64,000 bases of DNA from contig CBDAOB010000003.1 of assembly GCA_965197905.1 (NCBI GenBank), positions 800,001 through 864,000 of the forward strand, written 5' to 3'. The translations under genes were made by a program, and so were the position numbers. The stretch is from Candidatus Latescibacterota bacterium. GTDB taxonomy: Bacteria; Latescibacterota; UBA2968; UBA8231. The stretch's first letter is position 1, and each line of letters opens with the position of its first letter. Of the stretch, positions 36,081-45,890 are shown one piece after another. The notes beneath the pieces were generated by a model that was not told the DNA's origin, ran no database searches, and was given only the letters and a program-made list of their open reading frames with translations.

Positions 36081-37142
36081 ATGGATAAGGCGCGGCGAGG
36101 TCGGACCGGAGGCAGCAAGACCAAACCTGCAGCGGAAATCGACATTCGCTACGGGGCCGGACTGCTCCGCCAGGACAGCGCCGCGTGGCCGGCCTACGCG
36201 TTGGTCGCTACCCCTACGGCTTTGGAGACCGCTCAGCCCCATCTGGCAAAACCACCAACGAGCGTTGTTCATGCCAAATGGCTCGACTCGGGACACCAAC
36301 GTGAGCTGGCAAGCTTGACCTCTGACGACGTGGAGCTCGTTGTCGGACTCGGAGGAGGACGGGCTCTGGACGCTTCGAAGTTCGTGGCGTTGGAAAAGGA
36401 CGTGCCCCTCATCATGGTGCCTACGATCGTTTCCAGCGGCGCCATCATTCATGGTCACGTGGCTACCTGGCGCGGGCGCCGGCTCCACGGCGGCGTCAAC
36501 GACTGGCCCTGGGTTGACTGCGAATACGTTCTCGTGGACTACGGAGTCGCGCTCGCGGCAGCGCCAAATCTTCACACGGCCGGGCTCGGAGACATACTCT
36601 GCGGATATGCCGGTCCCGTCGAATCGCAATGGCGCGCGGACAACGGATATGGACAGCCTCTGGACGCCGGTGTGGTCGAAGAGTTCGAACGTTATCATCA
36701 AGGGTTGGTGGATGGTTTTCGCCAAACCCTGGACCAACAAGGCCACCTGACTGCCGGCAGCGTGCGGCAAATCATGACGGCGCTGCAGATGCGAGATTCG
36801 GCGCGACCGAAAAACGCGGGAGGCAAGAGCGGCGACCATCCGTTCTGGATTGCCCTGGAGGCAATCAATGACCGCACCTGGATTCACGGAGAGCTGGTAG
36901 CTTTGGGCGGCGTAATCATCGCCTGGCAAGCGGGGGACCCGTGGAAATTGATCGGCATGCTGGAGGATTGCCAGGTGCGTTTTAGGCCCCAGGAGATGGG
37001 ACTGTCCTACTCCGAGTTACGCCGCGGGTTGGAATTTGTTCCGACCTATATGGCCGAAGAAAGAATCCACTCGATCTTGCGGCACGAGCCGGTCACCGAG
37101 AAGCGATTCGACGAATTATGGTCCTTTCTGCACGACAGTTAG
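36081..37142 (+). CDS. Glycerol/glycerol-1-phosphate dehydrogenase-like enzyme (Fe-ADH/DHQS superfamily)
   Basis: GLGGGRALDASK, VPTIVS, AGLGD, SGDH, HGELVALG. Confidence 0.8.
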   Translation: MDKARRGRTGGSKTKPAAEIDIRYGAGLLRQDSAAWPAYALVATPTALETAQPHLAKPPTSVVHAKWLDSGHQRELASLTSDDVELVVGLGGGRALDASKFVALEKDVPLIMVPTIVSSGAIIHGHVATWRGRRLHGGVNDWPWVDCEYVLVDYGVALAAAPNLHTAGLGDILCGYAGPVESQWRADNGYGQPLDAGVVEEFERYHQGLVDGFRQTLDQQGHLTAGSVRQIMTALQMRDSARPKNAGGKSGDHPFWIALEAINDRTWIHGELVALGGVIIAWQAGDPWKLIGMLEDCQVRFRPQEMGLSYSELRRGLEFVPTYMAEERIHSILRHEPVTEKRFDELWSFLHDS

Positions 37143-37291
37143 TGTGGTCTGGCAATAAATGATTGCGGGAACGCTAGTGCCATGAAAGTGAAGAGAGTCG
37201 GTTCCACGGCAGTGCCCGGAAGGACCTGCCGTACACTGGTGCGGTACCACGAAGTGATACTTGTAGAGTCGCAACCTCTAGGAAGGTCACA

Positions 37292-38782
37292 ATGAATCAG
37301 CCAACGACGGGTAGACCCTTTGTCGACTGGTACGGAATATTTGCAGGGCACGGAGGCGTAGGCAAAGATGGTCTGAGCTGGATCCAGGACCCCCCGTTGG
37401 GCGATCTGCGCCTCGCGGTACAACCCGGCACATGGTCCGACCGCATGTTCGCCACCGTCGAGAATCCCTGGGAGGCGGGCGGCATCATTCCGAACCAGAT
37501 CATCCATCAGGATGATGTCATCAAGATGTGGTACCGGTCGGTCGGTGAAAACGGTGTGACCTACGTCGCCTACGCCGAAAGCGAAGACGGTTTCTTCTGG
37601 CGGCGGCCGGAGCTGGGCCTGGTGGAGTACAACGGCTCGACAGCGAACAACCTGCTGCACAACGCCGAGTACTTCGGTCTATACAGCGTGTTCAGAGATC
37701 CATCGGCGCCGCCGGAGGAACGCTACAAGTCGACCATCCCTCGAGGTCGATATTACGTGGATGGCGTGCCCGATCCGGCGATAAGTAAGGAGCAGTTCAA
37801 AGAGATGCGCCACGCCATGCAACACGAGGGGTTCAGTCCGGATGAGATCAGACAGAAGCTGGAGATCCACCAAACTATCATCGGCGCCGTATCTCCGGAC
37901 GGATTTCGCTGGACCGTCTTGGACGAACCCCTCCGTGATCTCGGTTCGCGCACGTTGGATGGAGAGTATTCGGTTCACTACGATGATGAGCGGGCTGAAT
38001 ATGTTGCTTACCACCGCGGCCACTGGGAGCGCCGTCGCTCCATCCGTCGCAGCACCGCGAAACGGTTCGATGAATGGAACGAACCCCAGTTCGTGTTCAT
38101 GCCCGATCCCCAGGACCCGATCGACGCCGATGTGTATGGTGCCGGCTACTGCCGCTATCCCGGGTTCGATCTGCACCTGATGTTCTTGCCCTTCTATCAT
38201 CGCAACACATCCACGGTCGATATCCAACTCGCAACCAGCCGCGACGGTCTGTTGTGGAGCCGGCCGCAGCGAGCGCCCATTGTACAACGTCGAGAGTACG
38301 GATGCATCTATGCGATGCCTGACCTCGTACCTCTCAACGACGAGGAGTGGGGGATCATGTTTATGGGAAACCCCGGCCGTCATGACTTCAGGACCGACCC
38401 GACGGATGATTCGCCACGGGAAACGGCCGAGTGGCGCTGGGCCACCTGGAAGCGCGAGCGGCTGGTGGCGCTTGAAGCGCAAGGCGAGGCGCGGTTCACC
38501 ACAGTGCAGCGGGAGTGCAGTGGAACCGAGATGCGTCTCAACTATGAGACTGAAACCGGAGGATGGGTACGGGTCGAGTTGGTGAATCCGCCGGTGACAC
38601 CGCCGCAGCCAGTGGAAGCTTTTCCGGGTTTCGGCACCGGAGAGGCGGATGTACTGGTGGGGGGCGAGCTATCTCGTGCTGTGAGCTGGAAGGGGCAGAC
38701 GGATCTATCGTCGTTGAAGGGCCGGCAGGTCTCCATCCGCGTCCACATGGCGAGAGCGAAGCTCTACTCGATCTCGATTTGA
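37292..38782 (+). CDS. Uncharacterised GH-like beta-propeller protein, paralogue of 61900-63450
   Basis: YAESEDGFFWRRPELGLVEYNGSTANN, PPEERYK, SPDGFRW, QLATSRDGLLW, AKLYSI. Confidence 0.82.
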   Translation: MNQPTTGRPFVDWYGIFAGHGGVGKDGLSWIQDPPLGDLRLAVQPGTWSDRMFATVENPWEAGGIIPNQIIHQDDVIKMWYRSVGENGVTYVAYAESEDGFFWRRPELGLVEYNGSTANNLLHNAEYFGLYSVFRDPSAPPEERYKSTIPRGRYYVDGVPDPAISKEQFKEMRHAMQHEGFSPDEIRQKLEIHQTIIGAVSPDGFRWTVLDEPLRDLGSRTLDGEYSVHYDDERAEYVAYHRGHWERRRSIRRSTAKRFDEWNEPQFVFMPDPQDPIDADVYGAGYCRYPGFDLHLMFLPFYHRNTSTVDIQLATSRDGLLWSRPQRAPIVQRREYGCIYAMPDLVPLNDEEWGIMFMGNPGRHDFRTDPTDDSPRETAEWRWATWKRERLVALEAQGEARFTTVQRECSGTEMRLNYETETGGWVRVELVNPPVTPPQPVEAFPGFGTGEADVLVGGELSRAVSWKGQTDLSSLKGRQVSIRVHMARAKLYSISI

Positions 38783-38812
38783 TGCAAAGGCGCGTGCAGG
38801 TAAGGCCGACGG

Positions 38813-40528
38813 CTAGCTGGAGATTACGGGCAGCAACAGGTGAGAGAGCCACTCTCCGCTGTGGTAGATGGTCTGTCCCGCGACCACCATTTCGGCGTCG
38901 CTCGTGATCGATCTTCCGGTGTTGAGATTGCGGTCGTAGCGCGGAAAGTTGCTGGAGGACACCTCCAGCCGGATGGTGTGCCCCGACTTGAACAGATTGC
39001 TGGTGTCCCACATGTCGATATGTAATTCGTAGATCTCGCCAGGCTCCATCAGCTTCGGTTGATCGGTGCCGTCGCGATACCGCCCGCGGCAGATCCCTTC
39101 ACACAGAATGATCGCTTTGCCATCCGGCTCCACATCGACCAGGGCGGCGGTCAGATCAGTATCCGCTCCAGTGGTGGCCAGGTAGATCACCGCAGAGACC
39201 GGACCCGTGATCTCCAGGTCTTCCCGCAACGGCTCGGAGTCGTAGACCAGCACGTCTGGCCGCTTTTCGATCGCGCGACGATCTCGCGGACCGCACAGAT
39301 CGAAGCTCTGGTACTGCGCTCCCCACGACGGCACCGGATCAGCGGGATCGTAGGTGAAGCTGTCGGTATCCGACTTGCCGGAACCACCTATGCCCTCCAC
39401 ATTCAATCGGCCGCCTTCGGCGGCTGCCTCGCCATCCGAAGCCAGGAAATATTTCGTCCACTTCGTCCGCGCCAGCGGCCATTCACTCTCGAAGCGCCAC
39501 GTGTTCGCACCCATGACGAACAGATTGATCGGTGGTTCGTCATCGATGCCGGTATCGATGCCTTTCAAACGCCGATCGTACCAGCGGGTGTGCATCTCGA
39601 CGATATCCCACAGGGCGTCGTCGCCGAACTCTCGATCCTGATACGCTCCGTTCTGTCCCATCGGTACCCGGCCCCAGGGGGAAACCTGATGACTCCAGGG
39701 ACCGACGATGAGCTTGGTGTGTTCACGTGCTTCCACGGTTTGCGCGTTGCGGGTCCAACCGTTGAACAGCTTGAAGTTTTCGTGTGATAGAGAGTCGTAC
39801 CAGCCGGTGACAAACATGGAAGGCACCGCTACCTCCTGGTAACGGCTACGCAGGCTGTAGCGGCTCCACCATTCATCGTAGGCTTCGTGTTCCAGTACAC
39901 CCCGATAGTATGGATGGGTATCGGTTACCGGTTCCATCGCTTCGTCCAGCGGCAGGTGACGGAAGAGGGTCTGCTGGTCCAGGTGTTTCAAGGATTCGCT
40001 CTGCATAGATCTCCCCAGCATGTTGAGAAAGGTCAGCGCCACGGCTAGGTGAATGACACCGTCGATGCGGTGGTGACCGTAGTTGTCCTGCTGCGAGGCG
40101 ATCGGGGCGATCGCCTTCAGATGCTCAGAGCGCAATGTTGCGGGCAGCGATTGGGTGAAACCTGGATAAGACAGTCCGAAGGTGCCCACCAGCCCATCGC
40201 ACCACGACTGATCGCCGACCCATTCGTGGGTGTCGAAGCCGTCGTTGAGCTCGCACATGTACGGGTCCCATCGGCCGTCCGAGTCGCCGCGGCCGCGGCA
40301 ATCCTGCATCACCACAGCGTAACCTGCAGCCCTGAAACCACGAGCCCAGCGTATGTAGCGCGCTTCCTGATTGTCGTAGATGGTGCGCAGCAGGAGTGCC
40401 GGCCACGGGCCATCGCCCGTGTGAGGAAGCCAGACATCGGCGGAGAGGTTCACCCCGTCCCGCATGGGAACCTTCACATCGAGCCGCAGCCGGCCGGGTG
40501 GTACCAGCGGCAATGTGTCTTCTGTCAT
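38813..40528 (-). CDS. CocE/NonD family serine hydrolase
   Basis: VPMRDGVNLSADV, QDCRGRGDSDG, GLSYPG, GWYD, GPWSH, SSSNFPRYDRN. Confidence 0.93.
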   Translation of the reverse strand: MTEDTLPLVPPGRLRLDVKVPMRDGVNLSADVWLPHTGDGPWPALLLRTIYDNQEARYIRWARGFRAAGYAVVMQDCRGRGDSDGRWDPYMCELNDGFDTHEWVGDQSWCDGLVGTFGLSYPGFTQSLPATLRSEHLKAIAPIASQQDNYGHHRIDGVIHLAVALTFLNMLGRSMQSESLKHLDQQTLFRHLPLDEAMEPVTDTHPYYRGVLEHEAYDEWWSRYSLRSRYQEVAVPSMFVTGWYDSLSHENFKLFNGWTRNAQTVEAREHTKLIVGPWSHQVSPWGRVPMGQNGAYQDREFGDDALWDIVEMHTRWYDRRLKGIDTGIDDEPPINLFVMGANTWRFESEWPLARTKWTKYFLASDGEAAAEGGRLNVEGIGGSGKSDTDSFTYDPADPVPSWGAQYQSFDLCGPRDRRAIEKRPDVLVYDSEPLREDLEITGPVSAVIYLATTGADTDLTAALVDVEPDGKAIILCEGICRGRYRDGTDQPKLMEPGEIYELHIDMWDTSNLFKSGHTIRLEVSSSNFPRYDRNLNTGRSITSDAEMVVAGQTIYHSGEWLSHLLLPVISS

Positions 40529-40602
40529 ATTGCTTGCTACTGGAGATTGTCGCCTTGTCTGACGGCGCCCGGTTCACGTGGCGGGTGTCCGGGCAGCTCC
40601 GC

Positions 40603-41433
40603 TCACCCTTCCTTTTTCGGGACCCAGGCGCGGAAGAGATCGCGTTGAGCCGGGGTCCAGCGATCCAGGGTGGACTCCAGAACATGCTGGGGTTCGTCCA
40701 TGGTTGCGACGTTCTGGGACATCATCCAATACGGACCGTAACCCACATGTATCGTCTTGCGCACCTGATCCGATCGGTTGGTGCGACCGCCGTGGCGGAG
40801 CGCCTCGGTGAAGAAAATCGCGTCACCCGCTTTCACCTCCAGCGAAACCGTTCCCGGTTCGGAATCGGGATCGGTCCCATATGGGCAGGGCAACTCGCTC
40901 TTGTGAGTTCCGGGAACAACGGTGAACGCGCCCTGGTCGGCCGTCACATCGTGTACGAAGTAGACCATGCGCACCATCATGCAGTCAATGCGTCCATCGG
41001 TGAAGCCGTAGCGGTATTTGTGGGTCTCCGGACGCCGTCCGCCGTGGTGCCGGCTGGCGTTGCCGCGATATCTGACGCGGATCTCAGAGTTATTTATGGT
41101 GGGACGCGGCACGACGATTCCCCGGACATATTCCATGGTGGGTCCATGGTCCACCAGCATGTCGAAGGAGGGATCGGCGTTCCAGAAATCCTCGATGATG
41201 ATGGTCTTGTCTTCAGCCATTTCTCCGTGGACATGGTAGCCGAGCTCAGCGTTGGCATGGTGCTCCGAGCCCCACGCCGAACGTTTGCGTGGCGGCAGCG
41301 TCACGTGGCTCACGGCATGCTCAAGCAGCCTCTCCACCGCGTCCGCAAGCCGAGCTGTCTCGGAAGCGCTCAGAAATTCGGGGATCACGATGTAACCCTG
41401 ACGATCAAACTCGTACTGTTCGATTTCAGTCAT
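40603..41433 (-). CDS. PhyH-family Fe/2OG enzyme with HxG in place of HxD
   Basis: YEFDRQGYIVI, RHHGG, GAFTVVPGTHK, KAGDAIFFTEALRHG...R. Confidence 0.85.
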   Translation of the reverse strand: MTEIEQYEFDRQGYIVIPEFLSASETARLADAVERLLEHAVSHVTLPPRKRSAWGSEHHANAELGYHVHGEMAEDKTIIIEDFWNADPSFDMLVDHGPTMEYVRGIVVPRPTINNSEIRVRYRGNASRHHGGRRPETHKYRYGFTDGRIDCMMVRMVYFVHDVTADQGAFTVVPGTHKSELPCPYGTDPDSEPGTVSLEVKAGDAIFFTEALRHGGRTNRSDQVRKTIHVGYGPYWMMSQNVATMDEPQHVLESTLDRWTPAQRDLFRAWVPKKEG

Positions 41434-41498
41434 GGTTGAACCCTGTCGGTCTTACCGTCGCCCCAAGCGGCAGCTAAAGTTGGGCCGCTAGCGCAATT

Positions 41499-42920
41499 CT
41501 ATTCGATCCAGAACGAATACAGACGCGCCTGGCGCAGATAGAAGCGCAGTCGGACCGGCTTGTCGAAAACCATGTCGTGGGGGTGCTTCCATTTGATCTT
41601 CGCTTTTGTGCTGTCGCCGGTGAATGGAGCCGGCTCTTCAACTGGCACCCAGAATCCGTCGTGCGGTTTTCGCGTTTCCCCATCGACGATCTCGGCGTAG
41701 ATCTCGCCCCAGTCGGCGTTGGCGTTGATGTAGACATCCTCTCCCTTGAGCTCGAACGGTTTAGTGAGTATCTGTCCGCACTCTCCACCGTCTATCGAGA
41801 CGAACCCGTCCGGACGCAGCTTGGCGAGGGACAGGGCGCCGCCATCCTCGAAGGCTTCCGGTTTTATTTTCATGTCGAACAATACGCGGGCGCGGTCGTA
41901 CTCCTTGTACTGCGCGATAGTTCCGGCTAGCCTCAGAGCGTTGTAATAACACCAGATCTCGCCATCCTCGCGCACGATCGGGTGGCCAGCCATGAGCAGC
42001 TGGCAACATCCGTAGTTCTCGTTGTCAAACGGCTCGATGCCGATGAACACATCCCGGTTTCCGGCTCGCTCCCAATTGTATAGATCGCGGGAGGAGGCCA
42101 GCTCTATCTGGTTGATGCGGGTGTGGTTGGTTCCCGGTGGCGGCGCGGCGCCGAACGGATTGAAGATGGTGGGAAAGCCGATGTAAAACCCCTGGTAGGG
42201 AAACACCGCCATGTTGTAACACTCGGCAATGTAGTCCTCGTCGTCCCTGATCGGTGGCGCGAGGTACGCCGGATTTTCGATCACCTGCTTCACTCTCCTG
42301 CGGCGGTTCTCCCGGTCGATCTCGTCGGTATGAAAGATCAACTTCGGCTCGGTGAACTCCTGGAAGTCGGTGCTGATTGAGAGGAAGACGGAACGGCCCC
42401 ACTCCGTGCCCTGCTTTACCATCGCCAGAAACTGGCCCGACTCGACGTCGTGGGTGAATTGGGACTCGTCGGAGCTGATGATCCGAGGGGTATCCACCAG
42501 GGTCCAGTGGAAGCCGTCGGGCGATACCGCGGGGAAGCGGTCGCCGCCGCTCAACAATCCTTTGTAGCGCCGGTCCGGATCCGGGTCGGTCTCGTCTCGT
42601 ACCACGTGAAACGGGCCCCCGGGTCCTCCGGCACTGGAAGCCAGCTCGGGATTGTCTTCATCAAAGCTACCCGTGTTTTGCGGTTCCCAGTGCTCGCCGT
42701 CTTCGGATATAGCGTACCCGCCCATATACCACCACTCCCACAGCTTCTTCTCCGAGTTCCACTGGGGGCAGGTCCTGCTCTGCACGCCCCCCCCGCTAAT
42801 CAAGGGCCCCCACTTTTTCGGGGAGTGCAGGGTCTTGGTGGTGGCGGAAGTCGTTTCGATGGCGTAGTCGTCGACGAACAACTGGTGGTAGGTCTTGGGA
42901 TCGATCATCTCGAGGCTCAT
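41499..42920 (-). CDS. Uncharacterised GH-like beta-propeller protein, paralogue of 21540-23045
   Basis: QLFVDD, KQGTEWGRSVFLS, DDEDYIAE, IFNPFGA, TRINQ.ELA.SRDL, VRLRFYLRQARLYSFWIE. Confidence 0.82.
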   Translation of the reverse strand: MSLEMIDPKTYHQLFVDDYAIETTSATTKTLHSPKKWGPLISGGGVQSRTCPQWNSEKKLWEWWYMGGYAISEDGEHWEPQNTGSFDEDNPELASSAGGPGGPFHVVRDETDPDPDRRYKGLLSGGDRFPAVSPDGFHWTLVDTPRIISSDESQFTHDVESGQFLAMVKQGTEWGRSVFLSISTDFQEFTEPKLIFHTDEIDRENRRRRVKQVIENPAYLAPPIRDDEDYIAECYNMAVFPYQGFYIGFPTIFNPFGAAPPPGTNHTRINQIELASSRDLYNWERAGNRDVFIGIEPFDNENYGCCQLLMAGHPIVREDGEIWCYYNALRLAGTIAQYKEYDRARVLFDMKIKPEAFEDGGALSLAKLRPDGFVSIDGGECGQILTKPFELKGEDVYINANADWGEIYAEIVDGETRKPHDGFWVPVEEPAPFTGDSTKAKIKWKHPHDMVFDKPVRLRFYLRQARLYSFWIE

Positions 42921-43082
42921 GCGATTTCCCTTCCGGTCAGTTGACTGCGACCCTCTTTGGCCACGGGAGTAAGGGCAAATCCGGTAGCGCCGTCAATGGA
43001 CGAAACCTATCTCGGCCGGCATATTATCGGCCTGTAAACGCGGATTCCGGGTAGCGGAGAGCGCAACAGGAAGCGGGAAGAT

Positions 43083-44342
43083 ATGATCCAGCGATTCGGC
43101 GACGGTCGCGACTGGTTTCTCGAGAAGAGATTCGGCATGTTCGTTCACTGGGGGTTGTACGCGATCCCCGCCTGGCACGAACAGCATCAGTGGCGCGGCC
43201 AGATGGAACGCTCCGAGTACGGGAAGCTCGCAGCCCAGTTCAACCCCACCAGGTTCGATCCAGAGGTTTGGCTGGATGTTATGGAGGGCGCTGGAATGGA
43301 GTATATCTGCTTAACCACCAAACACCACGACGGCTACTGCCTTTGGGACACCAGACAAACCGATTTCAAGGTGACAAATTCTCCGTACGGCAAGGACATT
43401 CTCGCGCAGCTGGCCGCTTCCTGCCAGCGCCGCAAGATACCGCTTTGCCTCTACCATTCGGTGGTCGACTGGCATCATCCAAACTATCCGAACCAGGGGC
43501 GCAGCCACGAGCTTTCCGGCTCATTACCAGGTGACGAGCCGGACATGGATCGTTATACGGAATTTCTGCGGGCACAGGTTCGCGAGCTGTGCACCGAATA
43601 CGGCAAGATCCACGGATTCTGGTGGGACATGAATGTGACCGGGATTCGCGACACCTCGATCAATGAGATGATTCGCGAGCTGCAACCCGACGCGGTGATC
43701 AACAACCGGGGCTTCGATGAAGGCGACTTCGGCACGCCAGAGCGGGACTATGACCGCACGGTCGAGGAAACCCGGCGATTCGAAACCCGAACCGAGGCAT
43801 GCCAATCGGTGGGCAGGGAGAGCTGGGGGTACAAAGAGGACGAAGACTACTACTCGGTGCGTCACCTGATGCGGAGCGTCGACCGCACTCTGGCCAAAGG
43901 TGGGAACTATCTGCTAAACATCGGGGCCAAGGCGGACGGGACCCTGCCCGCCAAAGGGGTCCAGCTGCTACAGGACGTGGGCGCTTGGTACAAAAGAGTT
44001 CGAGAATCGTTCGACGGCGCAGAGCCGGCCTCTAAGCTGACTGACAATCGAGAGGTCCTGCTGACGCGCAAGGGAAACGATCTCTATGTTCATCTCGTAC
44101 ACGACCCAACCTGCGCGCGCGTGGTGCTCGACCCGATCGCAGTGGCTCCCAAACGCGCGGTGCTGTTAAACAACGAGGCGGAGGTGGAGACTCGGGTGGA
44201 TCTCCTCCCGACGCGGGTCATGAGTAAGGAGGGGATTCTACGAACGGCCGAGCCATGCCTTAGAGTGCGCAATCTGCCCATCGATGAACTGGCGGGCGAG
44301 ACCCTCGTTTTGCGTCTGGAGTTCGAGTCGTTGCCGGAATAG
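43083..44342 (+). CDS. Alpha-L-fucosidase, GH29 (no signal peptide)
   Basis: RFGMFVHWGLY, TTKHHDGYCLW, WWD, INNR, GGNYLLNIG. Confidence 0.92.
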   Translation: MIQRFGDGRDWFLEKRFGMFVHWGLYAIPAWHEQHQWRGQMERSEYGKLAAQFNPTRFDPEVWLDVMEGAGMEYICLTTKHHDGYCLWDTRQTDFKVTNSPYGKDILAQLAASCQRRKIPLCLYHSVVDWHHPNYPNQGRSHELSGSLPGDEPDMDRYTEFLRAQVRELCTEYGKIHGFWWDMNVTGIRDTSINEMIRELQPDAVINNRGFDEGDFGTPERDYDRTVEETRRFETRTEACQSVGRESWGYKEDEDYYSVRHLMRSVDRTLAKGGNYLLNIGAKADGTLPAKGVQLLQDVGAWYKRVRESFDGAEPASKLTDNREVLLTRKGNDLYVHLVHDPTCARVVLDPIAVAPKRAVLLNNEAEVETRVDLLPTRVMSKEGILRTAEPCLRVRNLPIDELAGETLVLRLEFESLPE

Positions 44343-44371
44343 CTTGCGCAACCAACGCTTGGAGAGAGACC

Positions 44372-45342
44372 GTGGAGTTCGGAAGAGTAACAGGCGTAGA
44401 CAAACCGATAAGCCGTCTGGTGCATGGCACCATCATGTTGAGTGTGGAAGAATTGGAAAAGGGTTTCGAACTGCTCGACGCGGTCTACGACGCCGGCTGT
44501 CGCTGTTGGGACAGTGCCCATCTCTACGCCGGTGGCGACAGCGAACGGGTGCTAGGGCAATGGAGCGAAGCCAGAGGAAATCGAGACGGGATCGTCATTA
44601 TCACCAAGGGGTGCCATCATACACCCGATCGTCGGCGAGTGACCCCATTCGACCTGACCTCGGAGCTGTATGATTCCCTGCTCGCCTGCACACAGACTAT
44701 ATTGACATTTACGTCCTGCATCGAGACGATCCGAACGTGGCGGTCGGACCGATCGTAGAAACCCTCAACGAACACCACTCCGCCGGCCGTATTCAGGCGT
44801 TCGGCGGTTCCAACTGGGAGACCCAGCGTATCGAAGAGGCGAACGAATACGCCGATAAACATTCGCTGGTGCCGTTTGCGGTAAGCAGCCCAAACTTCGG
44901 ACTCGCCGAACAGGCCGAAGAGCCGTGGGAGGACTGCGTAACCATAAGTGGTCCGCAGAATGCGGCGGATCGAGCCTGGTACGCAAGAAACAGCATGCCG
45001 CTGTTTCCCTGGTCGTCGATGGGGCAGGGGTTCTTTTCGGGGCGCATCTCACGCGCGAATTGGGAAACGGTCAAAGCAGATTTTCCCGAACCGGTGGAGC
45101 GCTCTTACGCCCACGAATCGAACTTCCAACGGCTCGATCGAGTCGAAGAGTTGGCGCGGGAAAAGGGAATGTCGGTGCCGCAGGTAGCCTTGGCCTGGGT
45201 GGTTCAACAGCCCGGGTTGGATGTCTTCGCCCTCATCGGCACCTTCACCGGCGCCGAGTTCAGTGAGAACCTGAAGGCTTTGGAGGTCAAGTTGACGGCG
45301 GCGGAGATGGAGTGGCTCGACCTGTGTCGAGACGATCGCTGA
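44372..45342 (+). pseudogene. Aldo/keto reductase with a single-base frameshift near 44680
   Basis: DSAHLY..GDSE...ITKG..H; adding one base restores SL[A]RLHTDYIDIYVLHRDD and continues to GGSNW. Confidence 0.85.
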
Positions 45343-45419
45343 GGATTGCAGCGACCGCGCTGAACAGAGATCCAACGACGACGCGGCTCAAAGATCGGCG
45401 AGTCGCATGATTTTCCTAG

Positions 45420-45845
45420 TTACCATTTTGCAGCGAGATCCGGTGGCTTCAGTTTGAAACCAAGTCGGTAACCGCCTTCGTCCATAGCTCTCATCCACAC
45501 CATGGAGCCGTTGTAAACGTGCTCTTGATCCTCGTCTCGAAGGGTCATCTCGAACGGCAGCGGTTCAAAAAATTCCAGGCAGAATCCTCCGTCGGAACGA
45601 TCCACCGCGTGCGCGTTGAAGCCACCAAATCTGTTAGTCACGTCGACATCAGCCTTGAGCGAAACCCTTGGTTCGCGTTGCGGATGCGTAATGCTGGCTC
45701 GAAGCGCGGTCAATTCGTTTTCCAATTCGATGATGCGGCGTTGCAGGGTTTCGATTTCGCGAGATTCTTCGGGACTGTTCAAGGGCGCTTCTCCGTTGTT
45801 GTGACGGCCGCGATCGGTCCGTTTTTGCTTTGGCCAGATCGTCAT
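45420..45845 (-). CDS. Coiled-coil plus PilZ-like domain protein
   Basis: LQRRIIELENELTALR; REPR; DRSDGG; VWM...YRLGFK. Confidence 0.7.
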   Translation of the reverse strand: MTIWPKQKRTDRGRHNNGEAPLNSPEESREIETLQRRIIELENELTALRASITHPQREPRVSLKADVDVTNRFGGFNAHAVDRSDGGFCLEFFEPLPFEMTLRDEDQEHVYNGSMVWMRAMDEGGYRLGFKLKPPDLAAKW

Positions 45846-45890
45846 TGGGAAGATAACTTAACGACCCGTCGCTGCACCAGTTTCTCAATC

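Noticed and set aside
37206..37232. Hairpin ACGGCAG...GGAAGG...CTGCCGT reminiscent of SRP RNA
   Set aside because: Lacks the conserved SRP internal-loop sequence and the expected length.
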